Of a stretch of 64,000 nucleotides of DNA, positions 38,672 to 47,521 are shown piece after piece. The translations under genes were made by a program, and so were the position numbers. The DNA is taken from assembly GCA_044229845.1 (NCBI GenBank), contig JBGASG010000002.1, positions 544,001 through 608,000 on the forward strand, in the 5' to 3' direction. Each line of letters begins with the position of its first letter. Within the stretch, counting starts at the first letter, position 1. The notes beneath the pieces were generated by a model. That model searched no databases and was not told where the DNA came from. It worked only from the letters and a program-made list of their open reading frames with translations. Origin of the DNA: Candidatus Obscuribacteraceae bacterium (GTDB taxonomy: Bacteria; Cyanobacteriota; Vampirovibrionia; Obscuribacterales; Obscuribacteraceae).

Positions 38672-40168
38672 ATGCCGTCGCATGCTTCAAACGCAGAATT
38701 TTGGATGGAGTCGGAACAGGCTCTTGCCTCGATTCACCCGTCCGGCGATTTATTTGACCGTCTCAGCACGGCGCGTGCCCCTGGGGTGGTGCCGACAGCT
38801 CCCCTAGATACTCTCTGCAGCTATCCTGGTTACGCCGGCTTTTCCTTGAGTTCTGCCGAAACTGAATGCGTGCAGTCTGCGTATTTTCGAGATCTGAGCA
38901 AAGTGAATTTTGTCTTCGCCGGATCAAAGGATCCGCAGATGTCGTCGGCGAATTTAATTCTCGATGAGCAAGGGCGTTTGGTAGTGAATGAGGACAACCC
39001 TCCAGTAGATGGTCAGCCAATCGTAGTTGGAATTGAAACCCAAGAGAATGAGTCACAGGCTCGCGAACAATACGCAAACCAACTGCAGAAGCAAACTGTG
39101 CAAGAGCTAGTACAACTGTGGCTCAAGAGCCACCCAGACAAATCAATGGCCGACATACCGGAAAGTTGGAAGAGCGTACTTGACTCTCATCCAGACGAAA
39201 CAGGAGCGAGTGTGTCGCCTGTCCCTCACGGAGGCAGCACTGGCGGTGGTGGCAGTAGCCACGGCGGTGGTGGCAGTAGCCACGGCGGTGGTGGCAGTAG
39301 CCGCGGCGGCGGTGGCAGTAGCCGCGGTGGCGGCGGTCACAGAGTTGATCACAGTGGTACCAGTGTAGACCGGCAATCCGGGCAAGGCGTCGAGTTTCAG
39401 CCCCACGTTCCCAACACTCCGGAGGCAAATCAGTTTTTGGACAAAGTCCAGACAGCAGTCAGCGAGAACCAGCGCGGACAGCCGGCCGACCGCGAGACTA
39501 TTAAAACCGGGATCGAGTCAGGCATGGCAGCTGGCTTCAGAAGCGAGTTGGGACTGGCAGTTTGCGCCGACTTGGCTTGCGCGATTGGACCGGAAGCACT
39601 CAAACAGGCGCTCAATAACCTTGGGAGCCCCGATAGTGTCGAGAAAAACGAAACCGCAGCTCTAAACAATTTAGCCTCCCAAGTTCAGCTTCAACTGCCC
39701 AATGCATCTGAACGCATTAGTGCGTTGAAGTCGAACTTCAGTCATGAGACAAATGTCGATTTCGGTATTCCAGCCGGCGTAGAAGAGTTTTTGCAAGTCG
39801 CGCTTGCTCAGCAGGGCGACCCATATGTGCCGAATGCTCAAGGACCAAACCAGTTCGACTGTTCCGGTCTGGTGTACTACGCGTTGCACGAGTGTGGCGT
39901 GGAAGGAAGTCGGACATCGGCACGTGGATATCAGGCTCGCTATGCCGACAGCGCCGTCAGCGAAGACCAGCTCCAGCCAGGAGACCTTGTTTTTTACTGG
40001 TACAAAAATGATAGAGGCATCCCAGAGGGCAAAGCTTCGCACATCGAAATCTATCTTGGCGATGGAAAAACAATGGGCACAGACAGTCCTAAAGAGGGTG
40101 CCCGGGTGGAACCGCTGGACAGACAACACTTTATAGGTGCCGCTCGCGTCGAAGCGCTGCAAGCTTGA
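38672..40168 (+). CDS. NlpC/P60 (C40) peptidoglycan hydrolase domain protein with a long unknown N-terminal region
   Basis: C-terminal G.PYV...GPNQFDCSGLV, LQPGDLVF and SHIEIYLGDG motifs; AGGAG RBS; no obvious signal peptide. Confidence 0.88.
   Translation: MPSHASNAEFWMESEQALASIHPSGDLFDRLSTARAPGVVPTAPLDTLCSYPGYAGFSLSSAETECVQSAYFRDLSKVNFVFAGSKDPQMSSANLILDEQGRLVVNEDNPPVDGQPIVVGIETQENESQAREQYANQLQKQTVQELVQLWLKSHPDKSMADIPESWKSVLDSHPDETGASVSPVPHGGSTGGGGSSHGGGGSSHGGGGSSRGGGGSSRGGGGHRVDHSGTSVDRQSGQGVEFQPHVPNTPEANQFLDKVQTAVSENQRGQPADRETIKTGIESGMAAGFRSELGLAVCADLACAIGPEALKQALNNLGSPDSVEKNETAALNNLASQVQLQLPNASERISALKSNFSHETNVDFGIPAGVEEFLQVALAQQGDPYVPNAQGPNQFDCSGLVYYALHECGVEGSRTSARGYQARYADSAVSEDQLQPGDLVFYWYKNDRGIPEGKASHIEIYLGDGKTMGTDSPKEGARVEPLDRQHFIGAARVEALQA
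39242..39337 (+). repeat. 21-bp tandem repeat (about 4.5 units) encoding GGGGSS(H/R)
   Basis: ggcggtggtggcagtagccac x2, then two ...ccgc variants and a partial unit. Confidence 0.9.
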
Positions 40169-40313
40169 GTCTTCGATTCATATTTTAGTTTGGTACCGGC
40201 AAGCTCTGCAGTTGAATCGCTGTAATATCGCAGGTGGTGCGCTGCGACAAACGCATTGGGAGCAATCTGAGGTCCCTGTCGTCTAGAGAGCTAAAGACGA
40301 GGAGGCATCACCT

Positions 40314-40685
40314 ATGAATAGCAAGAACCTGATTGCGACTGTCGCGTTGGCTTCATTGACCATGCTGCCGGCATTGCCGGTCGAGGCGCAAGGATTTTTC
40401 GATATGCACCAGACCAGCAACATGGGCAACATCAATCGTAAGCAAAGCGAAGTGCGAGCTCGCATCGAGTTCGCTCGCAGCCGTGGTCAGCTAACCGCGT
40501 TCGAATACAATCGCTTGATGCGAGAGTTCAATCAAATAGCACGCATTGAGGACCGATCCAGAACGAACGGACTCAACTGGTATGAACGATCTCAGCTGTT
40601 GAGTCGCCTGGACAATCTCAACCAGCAAGTGACGCGCCAGATGCATGATCGCCAGACGGCAGGTCGCCCGCGTATCTTCTGGTAA
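40314..40685 (+). CDS. Small secreted helical protein
   Basis: GAGGAGG RBS; signal peptide ending VEA-Q; two G.L...E...L helical repeats (GQLTAFEYNRL, GLNWYERSQL). Confidence 0.75.
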   Translation: MNSKNLIATVALASLTMLPALPVEAQGFFDMHQTSNMGNINRKQSEVRARIEFARSRGQLTAFEYNRLMREFNQIARIEDRSRTNGLNWYERSQLLSRLDNLNQQVTRQMHDRQTAGRPRIFW

Positions 40686-40727
40686 GCAAGCGCAAGCAGC
40701 GGCTGCCTGAGCAGTTCGCAAGTAGAC

Positions 40728-40762
40728 CAAAGGGCTCGTCCAGTAAGCGGACGAGCCCTTTG
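40728..40762 (+). terminator. Probable intrinsic terminator (perfect 14-bp stem)
   Basis: caaagggctcgtcc-agtaagc-ggacgagccctttg, 43 nt after the stop at 40685. Confidence 0.75.
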
Positions 40763-40876
40763 CTTCCTGACAGCAACCCGGACAAAAGTTTAACCTTGGG
40801 CGCGGAATCATCTGAGGAACACGGACGTCGAGAGGCCCAGTGCCGCAATGGCAGAGATTTGAATTGAGGAGATACG

Positions 40877-41293
40877 ATGAAAACTACCCTCGCACTGCTT
40901 ATGGCAGCCGCAATTACTATCGGCGGGTTCCAGGCTGCAAATGCACAGAACGCCCCCCTGAACGGCTACGCCAGCAATGGATCTTTTTTCGGCAACCTTC
41001 TGAATGGTGCCGGGTTTAACAATGGCTACAACAACGGCTACAACCCTTATCTGAATGCCGGCTACGGCAACGGATACAACGGTGCGTACGCCGGCAACGG
41101 CAATGGCTATGGATACGGCAACGGTGGCGCCTGCCAGCAGAGACGACATCACAAGAAGAATGCAATCCGCAAAATGCAACGCCGCATGCAAAGACAAGCT
41201 ATGCAAAACCAATATGGTGGCGGATACGGCGGATACGGGAATGGCTGGAACAACGGCTATCAGAATGCAGGCAATGGTCGCTGGGGATTCTAA
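40877..41293 (+). CDS. Secreted Gly/Asn/Tyr-rich low-complexity protein
   Basis: GAGGAG RBS; signal peptide ending ANA-Q; NGY/GYG repeats on both sides of a basic helical segment. Confidence 0.75.
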   Translation: MKTTLALLMAAAITIGGFQAANAQNAPLNGYASNGSFFGNLLNGAGFNNGYNNGYNPYLNAGYGNGYNGAYAGNGNGYGYGNGGACQQRRHHKKNAIRKMQRRMQRQAMQNQYGGGYGGYGNGWNNGYQNAGNGRWGF

Positions 41294-41333
41294 TTAGTTT
41301 CACCACTAACAGATATCCCTGAGATCTAAATGG

Positions 41334-41374
41334 CGAGAACGGCGACGTTTCCTCCGCGCCGTTCTCGTTTCTTT
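41334..41374 (+). terminator. Probable intrinsic terminator
   Basis: cgagaacggcg / cgccgttctcg 11-bp stem followed by tttcttt; separates the GNY-rich gene from the downstream operon. Confidence 0.7.
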
Positions 41375-41494
41375 GGCGCCCGTTTGGGTTTGCACGGACA
41401 GGTGCGGTTCATTAACTGATCTCGACCGCCCATCCAACAAGTCCAATCCCTCGATAATCCAGAGTACGAAGTCCAAGCATTTCAGAGACACGCG

Positions 41495-42442
41495 ATGACA
41501 ACGGCACAGACACAACTGCAGCAGGCATCCCCGGTTATCAGCCGGAACAATGTGCTGGCACGTCTGTGGCAGTACCAGCGCGAGCGGTTTCCCGTCTTTG
41601 CTCACGGGTTGTTAGTTGCCGCTTTCAGCTTTTCAGGTGTATGTCTCTCGGCGATCCTGCGTGGCAGCGAGCAGTTGCCTAGCGCTGCCACGCTCTTTGT
41701 CGCCTTTGCTTGCGCTCTCAGTTTCTTCTTCCAATTGAGAGTTGCTGATGAGTTCAAAGACGCGGAAGAGGACGCACAGCACAGACCTTATCGGCCAGTC
41801 CCCCGTGGGCTGGTCAGCCTGGGCGAACTGCGCGCGGTCGCCATTTTGACCGCAATCGGACAGGTTGTCCTCTGTCTGCTTGTTAAACCGGATTTGATAC
41901 CACTTCTGGTCGGAACGTGGGCTTACCTTGGACTGATGACCAAAGAATTCTTCGCGGCAGAATGGTTGCGCAAACACCCGGTCGTCTACATGTGCAGCCA
42001 CATGCTGATCTTGCCGATCATCGATTACTTCATCACCGCCTGCGACTGGCTGCCGGGCAATGCCCCGCATGGGCTGGTCTGGTTTCTCGCAGTCAGTTTC
42101 TTCAATGGTCTGGTCATCGAAATCGGACGCAAGTTGCGCAGTCCGCAAGAAGAGGAAGCCAACGTCGAAACCTACAGCGCCCTCTGGGGACTTAAATCAG
42201 CCAGCTCGATTTGGGTAACGATGATGTTTGTCACTGCAGTGTGCGCCACCATCACTGCCATGAGCTACGGTATGGCACCGATGACCGGCGGCATTCTGGC
42301 GGCGTTGCTGTTGATAATCGCGGTGATGGCACCGAAAACCGCTTCGCGATTCGAGGCGTTGTCGGCCGTCTGGACCTTAGTCCTCTACCTGAGCGTTGGC
42401 ACGGTTCCGATGCTCTGGATCAGATTCCTCTCCGCAAACTAG
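41495..42442 (+). CDS. UbiA-superfamily prenyltransferase-like membrane protein
   Basis: LRVADEFKDAEEDAQHRPYRPVPRG matches the first Asp-rich UbiA motif (.D..D...D....RP.P.G); about 9 TM helices; the second motif is divergent (EIGRK....E....TY). Confidence 0.8.
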   Translation: MTTAQTQLQQASPVISRNNVLARLWQYQRERFPVFAHGLLVAAFSFSGVCLSAILRGSEQLPSAATLFVAFACALSFFFQLRVADEFKDAEEDAQHRPYRPVPRGLVSLGELRAVAILTAIGQVVLCLLVKPDLIPLLVGTWAYLGLMTKEFFAAEWLRKHPVVYMCSHMLILPIIDYFITACDWLPGNAPHGLVWFLAVSFFNGLVIEIGRKLRSPQEEEANVETYSALWGLKSASSIWVTMMFVTAVCATITAMSYGMAPMTGGILAALLLIIAVMAPKTASRFEALSAVWTLVLYLSVGTVPMLWIRFLSAN

Positions 42443-42457
42443 CAAACGAGTGCCATC

Positions 42458-45049
42458 ATGCAATTTGTCATCACCATCGACAACGCGATCACCAACGAAA
42501 ACATGCAACGCCTGGGCGGCAAAGGCAAGGCACTGGCATCGCTTATCAAGGCTGGCTTCTCGGTGCCGGCGTGCATCGCGGTGGTGCCCGAAGCATTCGA
42601 TGGCAATACAGTGAACGGTGAAGCCGCCAAACAAATTGCCGCCTCCGTCGCATCGTTGCGCAGCGGTTTCTTCGCTATTCGCTCCTCTGCTGCAGATGAA
42701 GACGGAACCGCACATTCATTCGCAGGGCAGCTCGAAAGTTTCCTCTGCGTGAAACCGGAGGATGTTCTCCAGAGAGTCATTGACGTCTTCAATTCGGCAT
42801 TTGCAGAACGAGTCATCGCATACAGACAAGAGCATTGCCTGTCGGGCGAGTCCCCGATCCCGACTGTGTTGATTCAGGAAATGGTGCATGCCGATTCGTC
42901 CGGTGTCGCCTTCAGCGCCGACCCAACCGCAAATACCGACCGTTCGGTAATCGGGGCAGTGTACGGGTTGGGAGAGGGACTGGTGTCGGGACAGCTCGAT
43001 GCCGACACATATTTTGTTTCCGGCGAACTCATCGAACGCGACATCGCTAGGAAAACAACCGCCTATCATCTGGCTACCACCGAAAGCGGTGGCATCGAGT
43101 TGCGGGCAGTCGATGAGCTGAGCGCCAGAAAGAGCGCGTTGACCGACGAGCAAATCAAGGCGGTCAGCCAATTGGCAATCGCCTGCGAAGCCCATTTCAA
43201 GACGCCGCAAGATATCGAGTGGGCTTATGCCGAACGTCAACTTTACCTTCTGCAATCGCGCCCGATCACTACGGCGATCTCGCGACCCGCTGCGAAGGAA
43301 GAGTTACGCATATTCGACAACAGCAATATCGGCGAAAGCTATAACGGCGTCACCACTCCGCTCACGTTCAGTTTCGCACGCAGAGCATACGAAAACGTAT
43401 ATCTGCAATTCTGCCGCATCCTGCAAGTCAATGAGAGAACCCTGCAACGAGAAAAGCAGGTCTTCGCCAATATGATCGGCTTGATTCGCGGTCGCATCTA
43501 CTACAACTTGATCAGCTGGTATCGTGTGCTGGCGCTGTTACCCGGTTATGCGTTCAATGCTCCCTTCATGGAGCAAATGATGGGCGTCAAGGAACCGCTT
43601 CCTCAAGAAGTCAAACTCGCGCAGAAGAAGCCGCGACGCCTGGAACGCTGGCTCGATTGCATCGCGCTCGCCTGGTCGCTGCTTGGTCTGATTGCTTCAT
43701 TCGTCACATTGAAATCGCGCATTGCCAAATTCTATGTCCGATTGAATGACGCGTTGAAACCGGTCGAATTGAAAAATATGTCAATCGACCAACTGCTCGG
43801 CTATTACCACTTGCTGGAAGCGAAGCTGCTTTTGCAATGGGACGCGCCTCTGGTCAATGACTTCTTCGCCATGATCTTCTACGGCGTCCTCAAGTCTCTG
43901 ACTCAACTGGTTCTGTGGGATGCGCAATCCAATCTGCATAACGATCTACTTGCCCAGACAGGCGACATTATCAGCGCAGAGCCGGCGGCACGAATCGCAA
44001 AAATGGCTAGGGTGGCGTCAGCGGATCCTTCGCTGGTCGATGTGCTCTGCAACAAGTCGCTGTCAGTGATCGAAAGACGCCTGAAGCAAGAGCCCGAGTT
44101 CAAGACAATGATTGATGCATATCTAGAGAAATTCGGCGACCGTTGCATCGGCGAACTCAAACTTGAAAGTCCGACGCTCCTCGATGACCCGCTGCCCCTT
44201 TTGCGGTCGGTCGGTCAGATGGCATCTCGCATCGCCAGCGGCACCCGCGCGAACCGCCGGCAAGGTCGATTGATCAGACGGCGTGCCGAGCAACGAGTTT
44301 TTGGCGGCGGACGCATGACTCCATGGGAGAAGGCAGGCTACGCCTGGGTGCTGCACAATGCGCGAGAAACAGTGCGCAATCGCGAGAACTTGAGATTCGA
44401 ACGCACCCGAGTCTTCGGACGTGTGCGGCAGATATTTGTGGAGGTCGGCAAACGACTGCAGCAACAGAATTTGATCGACGACTACCGTGATATCTTCTAT
44501 CTCGAGCTGTCCGAGATCATCGGGTTCGTCAATGGCACCGCCACCACCTTGTCACTGCGGTCACTGGTGGCAGTGCGCAAATCCGAATTCGATCAATATC
44601 GCGCCGAGGACGAACCGCCTACCCGCATCGAAATACGCGGCGCCGCAGGTATCCCCGCCGCGACGGCCACTAGATTGGGCAACGAAAGCAAGAGCACGTC
44701 AGCAGAATTGCGCGGCATCGCCTGCTGCCCCGGCGTGGTGCGCGGACCGGTGCGCGTCGTGCATGACCCTAAAGACGCCGTGATTCTGTCCGGCGAAATA
44801 CTTGTCGCCAAGCGCACCGATCCAGGTTGGATAACTTTGTTTCCCGCTGCTTCAGGCTTGCTGGTCGAGCACGGCAGCCTGCTTTCCCACTCGGCGATTG
44901 TGTCGCGCGAACTGGGACTGCCGTCGATAGTGTCGGTTTCGGGCATCTGCGACGAGCTCTCCACCGGCGACATCGTCGAGTTCGACGGCAGCTCCGGCAA
45001 CATTCGCGTAATCGCCAGACACGACGCCGGCACCGCAAGCGTGGGTTAG
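42458..45049 (+). CDS. PEP-utilising enzyme family protein with rifampin phosphotransferase/PigC-like architecture
   Basis: N-terminal ATP-grasp (GGKG, RSSA.DED....SFAGQ, QEMV...SGV.FS, GLGEGLVSG, QDIEWA, LQSRPIT); large helical central domain; C-terminal phospho-His swivel (TDPGW, LSHSAIVSRELGLP); no pyruvate-binding barrel. Confidence 0.88.
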   Translation: MQFVITIDNAITNENMQRLGGKGKALASLIKAGFSVPACIAVVPEAFDGNTVNGEAAKQIAASVASLRSGFFAIRSSAADEDGTAHSFAGQLESFLCVKPEDVLQRVIDVFNSAFAERVIAYRQEHCLSGESPIPTVLIQEMVHADSSGVAFSADPTANTDRSVIGAVYGLGEGLVSGQLDADTYFVSGELIERDIARKTTAYHLATTESGGIELRAVDELSARKSALTDEQIKAVSQLAIACEAHFKTPQDIEWAYAERQLYLLQSRPITTAISRPAAKEELRIFDNSNIGESYNGVTTPLTFSFARRAYENVYLQFCRILQVNERTLQREKQVFANMIGLIRGRIYYNLISWYRVLALLPGYAFNAPFMEQMMGVKEPLPQEVKLAQKKPRRLERWLDCIALAWSLLGLIASFVTLKSRIAKFYVRLNDALKPVELKNMSIDQLLGYYHLLEAKLLLQWDAPLVNDFFAMIFYGVLKSLTQLVLWDAQSNLHNDLLAQTGDIISAEPAARIAKMARVASADPSLVDVLCNKSLSVIERRLKQEPEFKTMIDAYLEKFGDRCIGELKLESPTLLDDPLPLLRSVGQMASRIASGTRANRRQGRLIRRRAEQRVFGGGRMTPWEKAGYAWVLHNARETVRNRENLRFERTRVFGRVRQIFVEVGKRLQQQNLIDDYRDIFYLELSEIIGFVNGTATTLSLRSLVAVRKSEFDQYRAEDEPPTRIEIRGAAGIPAATATRLGNESKSTSAELRGIACCPGVVRGPVRVVHDPKDAVILSGEILVAKRTDPGWITLFPAASGLLVEHGSLLSHSAIVSRELGLPSIVSVSGICDELSTGDIVEFDGSSGNIRVIARHDAGTASVG

Positions 45050-45058
45050 GAGAGCATC

Positions 45059-46186
45059 ATGTCCGTTTCTCAAACAGTCTTCCGCCCCGAATCAGCAGCC
45101 GCCATCTACCCGCGTATCCGCTATGCGCAATGCTGGGAAGACGCCGACATCCTGCTCGAAGCCCTTGCCGTTCAACCGGGTGACGTTTGCCTGTCAATCG
45201 CGTCAGGAGGCGAAAACTCGCTCTCGCTGTTAAGCCAGTCGCCAGCCAAGGTGATTGCAGTCGACTGCAATCCCTCGCAGCTAGCCATCTTGGAACTGAA
45301 AGCCGCCGCGTTCCGCAACCTCAGTCATGCCGAACTGCTGCGCTTCCTCGGCTCGCATCCGGCAACCCCGTCCGAGCGCCGCGAATTCTACACCTACTGC
45401 GCCCCCGACCTGGCGCCCGCAACAGCCCGCTACTTCCGAGAAAACGTTCACCTCATTGAGGCGGGTATCAACCACGCCGGCAAGTTCGAGGACTATTTCA
45501 GGCTGTTTCGCCAGACGCTGCTGCCCCTGATCCACGACCGGAGGACAGTTGAACAACTGTGTGCCCCGCGGTCTCTGGAGGCTCGCCGTGCGTTTTACTT
45601 AGAGGTATGGAATACCTGGCGCTGGAGAGCGCTGTTCTCAATGTTTTTCTCAAGGAAGGTTATGGGCAACGCCGGACGCGATCCAGCATTATTCAAATAT
45701 GTCGAAGGAGATTGCTCTTCGCGTATTTTGGGTCGCGTCCGGCACGGGCTCACGGAAGTGGCACCGGAATCAAACCCATATCTTCAGTGGATTCTTTTTG
45801 GCGAACATCGCAAAGGCGTGTTGCCCCATGCACTGCGTGAAGAAAACTTCCAGGCTATCCGCGACAACCTCAGCAAACTGGAATGGCATTGCCAGACGAT
45901 CGAAGAGTATTTGGAAGCCAATCCGACAACCCGAGTCGACTGCTTCAACCTGAGTGACATCTTCGAATACATGAGCGAAGCTGAATATTCCGAGATGCTG
46001 GATACACTGATCGGTGCCTCCGCTGACGGTGCCCGATTGGCTTACTGGAACATGCTGGTAGACCGCCAGGCGCCAGCAGCCTACGCTGATCAAATCACCA
46101 CCCACGAACAGAAGTCGCAAGAGCTACTGGCAGCTGACAAGGCATTTTTCTACAGTGCCTTCAGACTGGAAACGGTACACAGATGA
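45059..46186 (+). CDS. DUF3419 / BtaA-like SAM-dependent (3-amino-3-carboxypropyl) transferase
   Basis: RYAQCWED, SIASGGENSLSLL, VDCNPSQL..LELK, G.FE.Y, NPYL and LSDIFEYM motifs. Confidence 0.82.
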   Translation: MSVSQTVFRPESAAAIYPRIRYAQCWEDADILLEALAVQPGDVCLSIASGGENSLSLLSQSPAKVIAVDCNPSQLAILELKAAAFRNLSHAELLRFLGSHPATPSERREFYTYCAPDLAPATARYFRENVHLIEAGINHAGKFEDYFRLFRQTLLPLIHDRRTVEQLCAPRSLEARRAFYLEVWNTWRWRALFSMFFSRKVMGNAGRDPALFKYVEGDCSSRILGRVRHGLTEVAPESNPYLQWILFGEHRKGVLPHALREENFQAIRDNLSKLEWHCQTIEEYLEANPTTRVDCFNLSDIFEYMSEAEYSEMLDTLIGASADGARLAYWNMLVDRQAPAAYADQITTHEQKSQELLAADKAFFYSAFRLETVHR

Positions 46187-47508
46187 ACGCCTGGATCGCG
46201 ATAGTTTCTGTCCTCGCCGTTCTGCTCGCGTCGATCTCACTTTTGCGCTGGTATCAGATATCACAAAAACCGCACCCGGAAATTGTGCGCAAGCTTTTGC
46301 ACGTGATTATGGGTTCGGTCACCATCACGTTTCCGTGGGTGTTTCACGAAACCTCGCCGGTCTGGCTGTTAGCCCTTGTCTCCGCGTGCACGCTCGGCGC
46401 CATCAAATACCAACCTCGCCTGAAGGAATCAGTCGGCAGCGTCGTTTGCGCAGTCGAGCGCAGAACGTACGGAGAGATCTGCTTCCCACTGGCTGTTGCG
46501 ATTCTCTTCAGCGTCGCACACACGCAGCCGCTTCTCTATTGCGTACCGATGGCAATTCTCTCAATTGCCGATGCTTCATCGGCGCTCGTCGGCATGTTTT
46601 ACGGCAAGCACAAATATTCAACCAGTGAAGGCAACAAAACCGCAGAGGGCTCGTTGACGTTCTTCGCCATCGCCAGCCTGGCTACTCTGGTTCCGCTTCT
46701 GGCTATGGGAGTCGGTATCGAGCGCGCAGCGCTCATCTCGCTGCTGCTCGGCTGTCTGGTCACCCTATTTGAAGCGATCGCGTGGCAAGGTCTGGACAAC
46801 CTCTTCATTCCGCTGAGCGCATACGCGATGCTGCTCACTGGTCTCACCACTTCAATCGGAATGCTTGCCGAGCAACTTGGTGTCGCCTGTCTGCTGCTTC
46901 TGGTCGCGATACTTCTGCGCGGCCGCACCAAGCTCAACGACAGCGCCGCACTCGGTGCCGCGCTTTTCTGCTACCTGAGTTGGGCAATTGGCGGCTGGAT
47001 GTGGAGCATTGCACCATTGACGGTGCTGGCGGCGCATCGCCTGATCTTGCCGGCAAAGTATCGCAGACAAGACGCCCGACCGCACACGATTCACGAAGTA
47101 ATCTGGGTGGCTTCAGCAGGCTTCTTCTGGCTGTGGCTGAGCAAGACAACCGCGCAGTCATTCCTTCTCCCGTACACTCTCACCTATGCCGCACAGCTGG
47201 CCTTGATTGGCTGCGCACACGCCACCATGCCACAAGCCCAGTCTTTGAAAACCAACGCTGCAGTGCAATCATGTTTTGTGGCGTGGAGCGCGTTGTTTCT
47301 CCCGTTCGCGCTGACTACCGGTTTCTCGCCGGAGGCAGTCGCGTTTTCATTCTGCTCCCTGCTCGCCATGCTGATTTGCGCCGCCGCCTTCCTGGCGCTG
47401 CACCGCGGCGAGGCAAATCAATTTCACAGCGTCACGCGCTGGGCTCAGCAAACAGGCGTGGTGGCAGCCTGCTCGGCCGCGGTCTTTGTAATTCTCCAGT
47501 TGACGTAA
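46183..47508 (+). CDS. Phytol/dolichol kinase-like (CTP-dependent) integral membrane protein with an extra C-terminal membrane domain
   Basis: E..RKLLHV..G, RRTYGE..FP, ADASSALVG..YGK, KT.EGS and G.DNL.IPL motifs of the SEC59/VTE5 family, followed by about 7 more TM helices. Confidence 0.8.
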   Translation: MNAWIAIVSVLAVLLASISLLRWYQISQKPHPEIVRKLLHVIMGSVTITFPWVFHETSPVWLLALVSACTLGAIKYQPRLKESVGSVVCAVERRTYGEICFPLAVAILFSVAHTQPLLYCVPMAILSIADASSALVGMFYGKHKYSTSEGNKTAEGSLTFFAIASLATLVPLLAMGVGIERAALISLLLGCLVTLFEAIAWQGLDNLFIPLSAYAMLLTGLTTSIGMLAEQLGVACLLLLVAILLRGRTKLNDSAALGAALFCYLSWAIGGWMWSIAPLTVLAAHRLILPAKYRRQDARPHTIHEVIWVASAGFFWLWLSKTTAQSFLLPYTLTYAAQLALIGCAHATMPQAQSLKTNAAVQSCFVAWSALFLPFALTTGFSPEAVAFSFCSLLAMLICAAAFLALHRGEANQFHSVTRWAQQTGVVAACSAAVFVILQLT

Positions 47509-47521
47509 GGAACTCACCATC

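Noticed and set aside
39143..39428. ORFs with HHRRGYC or TATAAA repeats
   Set aside because: Alternative-frame readings of the 21-bp Gly-Ser linker repeat.
42458..45049. Annotation as PEP synthase (ppsA) or as a rifampicin resistance gene
   Set aside because: It lacks the pyruvate-binding domain. It sits inside a biosynthetic-type operon and I saw no rifamycin-associated regulatory element, so resistance is unsupported.
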